A stretch of 64,000 nt of DNA from positions 19,592,001-19,656,000 of the forward strand of contig JBHGNT010000007.1 of NCBI GenBank assembly GCA_043228905.1. The letters run 5' to 3'. Under the pieces are notes generated by a model that did no database searches, was not told the origin of the DNA, and was given only the letters and a program-made list of their open reading frames with translations. Within the stretch, counting starts at the first letter, position 1. Every line of letters begins with the position of its first letter. Shown here piece after piece: positions 60,566 to 64,000 of the stretch. Both the position numbers and the translations under genes were made by a program. Origin of the DNA: Azolla caroliniana (Eukaryota > Plantae > Polypodiophyta).

Positions 60566-63500
60566 TGTCGTGCCTTTCGGCTCCGGATCGTTGCGTGAGT
60601 CGGGTGAGAACCGCCGAGGTTTTGGACTAGGAGGAAGAGGAATACAACTTAAGGCTAGTTATGAATAGTAGAAAGAGAAGTAAGATAGCAATCTCATGAA
60701 TCCCACGAGTTTAGTGTATTTAAAACAATATTTAAATTATAAGAGTAATTTTGATGGCAAAATTCGTGAATCCCACGAATATATTAGATTGATCAATCCT
60801 TGTATATTAATCAACAACCTTATACATATTTCTCTCCTCCTTATATAAAGATGGAAGAGGCTAAGCATGGCTTCATGCTTTTTCACCAAAAGTGTCCATG
60901 CACCCTAAATGTGCATGTGATGCTTTGTCATTTCCTAAGTATAGGGCTCATGCACGCTAAATGTGCATGAGTCACTTTTAATGTCACGTGTAAATAAAAT
61001 ATTCACACCCTAAAGAATACATGATTTTTACCTCTTAATAAAGGTATGTGTAAATAAAGGTCTTATACGTATTAAATCTATATGTATAACACTAAAGATA
61101 AGTTATTACAATGGTAAAGTTGAGGTTTATCTACGTGGAGGTGCAAGGTTTGAATCTTGCCCTATGCACATGATAAGTATTTTGATATATTATTTATTTA
61201 TTTATATGTATCTAAAATCGGATATATTATTTTATGGTTTTCACGTAGTGTGTGGAATACACTACGACACTCGCCCCCTCCGAACCCGCACATCCTCCGG
61301 TATGTGCCGAAGTTCTCGATTCCTGATATCCATCTTCACCCAAAGCTTCCTCTGATTCTCCCCTTATGTCGACTATGAGTTGTAATTCACTTTCTTCGCT
61401 TCCCGCATCACCGTGGTCTTCGTCCGATTGCTCCTCGTTGTCGGCCTTGGCTTGGATCACATAGGGTTTGTCGTCGGTCCGCTTCTTGAAAATCTTCACC
61501 CGCTTCCCGGCTATAGGCACTCGTAGTATTGTTCCATCCAACTCGGACAGTCGGTACGTTCCGTTGTCAAAGACTTTCCGAACCTCGTATGGCCCGAACC
61601 ACCTTTTCGCGAATTTCTGCATCGTTGTATGTTGATGGTCCAAACTACTGTCACAGACGATCACCCAATCTCCTTCTTCAATCCTCCTTGGTCGTAGTTG
61701 GTGCTTTGTGTCGAACCGGCTTTTGTTCCGGAACCGTGCTTCTTGTTGTCGGCGTATTGCTTCCGCTATGTCTGCCAGTCTTCCCTCTAGTTGTTGTATC
61801 CGGACCGCTAGTAGTTCTTCTCGGCTCATCTCGTCCTCCCACGGTAGCACTGTCCATGTTGCGATCGCGGTTTCCGTCGGCATTACCGGTGCTTGTTCGG
61901 TCATGAGTTCTGCCGGCATGTAACCGGTTACGGAGCTATGCGTCGTCCAATCCGCCCATAGTGCATACGGAAGCATCTGCGGCCAGTCCTTCACCTTTCC
62001 ATCACATGCCTTCGCAAGTGCTTTCACGATCGGGCTATGTCCTCGTTCGATTTTCCCGTTGGCCTTCGGATTGTATGCCGTTGTCAGCGTTAACCGAACT
62101 CCGTGCTTGGCAAAGAATCCCCTAGCTTTGTCCGAGTCGAGTTCTCCCCGGTCCGCAATCACTTGTCCTACGCACCCGTACCTGCAAAATACTTCCTCCA
62201 AAAGAATTGGCATACCACGGAACACGTTTTCCTCTGAAGCGCTCGACCTTCTACTTGATTCGTGAGATCTTCCCGAGCTAATATCAAGTATTTCTTTTGT
62301 CCGATCCCGGTCGGCATGGCCACTCTGTCGACCATCCACTTGAAGTTGATTGTCGGTGAGAATGTCGGATGTAACTCATCTCGATGTCGAACCCCGAAGT
62401 AGACTTGACATTTCTCGCAGCTTTCCGTGAACTCCGCGACATCTTTGTACATTTTCTTCCACCAATATGTTTGCTTGATCTTCACAAATGTTGCCCATGT
62501 TCCTCGGTGTCCAGCCCAAATCGGATTCGTGAAACTCGGACATTATCCGGTTTCGTTGCTCTTTTGTCCTGACTACTCGAAGTGGTATACCATCCGGTCT
62601 TTTCGGCGCCCTCCATATTAATCCGTTTTCCAAGAAGAACTTTTGGACTTGCCTCTTCTTCCTTCGGATCTCGACTCTTCTTCCTTTATCGTTTGTTGAA
62701 TGCTCGGCCTCTTGTAACATCTTTCCGATCATCAAGCTTTCTCCCTCGTATTCTTCTTCACGGAATTCTCGGATTACGTTCACTCGGCATATGTGCTCCG
62801 ACGCGAAGTAGTCTTCGGAAACTTCTTCATTATCTGATTCGGTTATGTCGTCTCTGAACCGAGCCCTTGATAACATATCCGCTACCGCGTTGTCCTTCCC
62901 CGAGATGTGTCGAACCTCCGGATTAAGCGACTTGACATATGCAACCCACCTTAGCATAGCTACATCCGTTATCGTACAACACCGCATCATCCCGAGTATC
63001 GGAAGACAATCCGTCTCGATCACCACTTCGGCTCCAATCAAATAATCCCGATCCGATTTTATCGCCGACATGACTCCCCACAGTTCTCTTTTGACTTTGC
63101 ATATCCACGTTGCCTTTCATTGAGAACCTTTGCTCCGAATCGGATCGGATACTGAGAACCATCCGAGTCGGCTTGATTGATGACCCACCCGATACCGTTT
63201 GGACTTGTATCAACCGTTACTATGATCGGTCGGTCGTAGCTCAGCTTCTTAAGTGCTTCCGCCCTCCGAAGTGTCTTCTTCAATTTTTTCATGGCTTTGG
63301 TGTGTTCCGGTTTCCATTCGAATTTCTTACCTTTCCGCAACAAGTGGTAGAGAGGGTCCGCTATATGTGCATAATGCGGAATCCATATGTGATAGAATGC
63401 ACATGCACCGAGAAACCTTCAGACTTCGGATGTTGACTCGCATACTTCCTCCATAGCTTGAATCGCATCGACCTTTGTTGGTGACGGTCTTCGGCCATAG

Positions 63501-63767
63501 GGCCCACATAGATGTCCGACCACCAATATTTCTTCTTGCTCGAATGCCGATTTCTCCCTGGAAAGTGTTAGGTGCACATCTTCTAGCTTTCGCAACACTT
63601 TCTCGCAATCATGAATATGGTCGATCACGAACTTTCGGCATCCCCGATCATCCATAGTCTCATCTTTTTCTTCTACCGTGCATCCTTTCATCGGAACATC
63701 ATCGAGGAACGGCATCGTTATCTCCGGAATGCAGTCTCGAAGCACCTTGTTCATCGTGTTCATCATA
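60566..63767 (-). mobile_element. Ty3/gypsy retrotransposon 3' half: RT end, RNase H, integrase and LTR 60566-61268
   Basis: PFLDDVP, VDTSPNGIGW, IETDCLPILGM, IADRGELD, YNPKANGKIERGH, KRWFGPY. PPT (rc GGAGGGGGCGAG) at 61269-61281; LTR TGTCG...CGACA. Same lineage as the element at 42387-57325. Confidence 0.92.
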
Positions 63768-64000
63768 TGACATTCTTTTCATACACAGAAAACGGGAAAT
63801 AGAACACGACACAAAGAGGAAGACAAATACACAGGAGGTTTACGTGGAAAACCCCAAACTAGGGGAAAAAACCACGGCAACCCACGGGCTACAAACTGTC
63901 ACTATGTAAGAATGTACAAAACAGTGAGTTCACGGAGGCAACGACCTCGTGCTCACGATCTTCGCCACAGGCGGCGGTTACAACAAAGGCAACGACCTCG
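63768..64000. mobile_element. LTR of the same family as the solo LTR at 26402, inserted in gypsy RT; runs off the window
   Basis: Shares ACGTGGAAAACCC, GGGAAAAAACCA, GGCAACGACCTC, CTTCGCCAC and GCGGTTACAACA with 26530-26680, and breaks the RT frame at MMNTMNK. Confidence 0.7.

Overview
AT-rich land-plant nuclear DNA. The TE families suggest a non-seed plant (fern, lycophyte or bryophyte), but that is inference only. 1-19 kb is a tandem cluster of PSKR/RLP2-like LRR receptor-like protein genes on the + strand: one cut by the window edge, two intact and one internally deleted pseudogene, all with duplicated flanks. 21-64 kb is a nested transposon graveyard: a MULE remnant, an RTE-type LINE, an L1-type LINE, a solo LTR, two chromovirus-like Ty3/gypsy remnants, a non-autonomous LTR element, two further gypsy elements and Sola-like DNA transposon remnants. 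The most notable feature is an 8,862-bp DNA transposon (43978-52839) with 36-bp TIRs and an ATAT target duplication, inserted cleanly into a gypsy RNase H. It carries (i) a Sola1-like DDD transposase with a possible Tudor/SH3-like C-terminal domain, (ii) a divergent, intron-containing gene fusing a ParB-like domain to a prokaryote-type beta-class amino (N6-adenine/N4-cytosine) DNA methyltransferase, and (iii) between them a phased array of nine palindromes at about 51-bp spacing. This copy is pseudogenised. All family assignments come from motif recognition by eye; no database searches were run.
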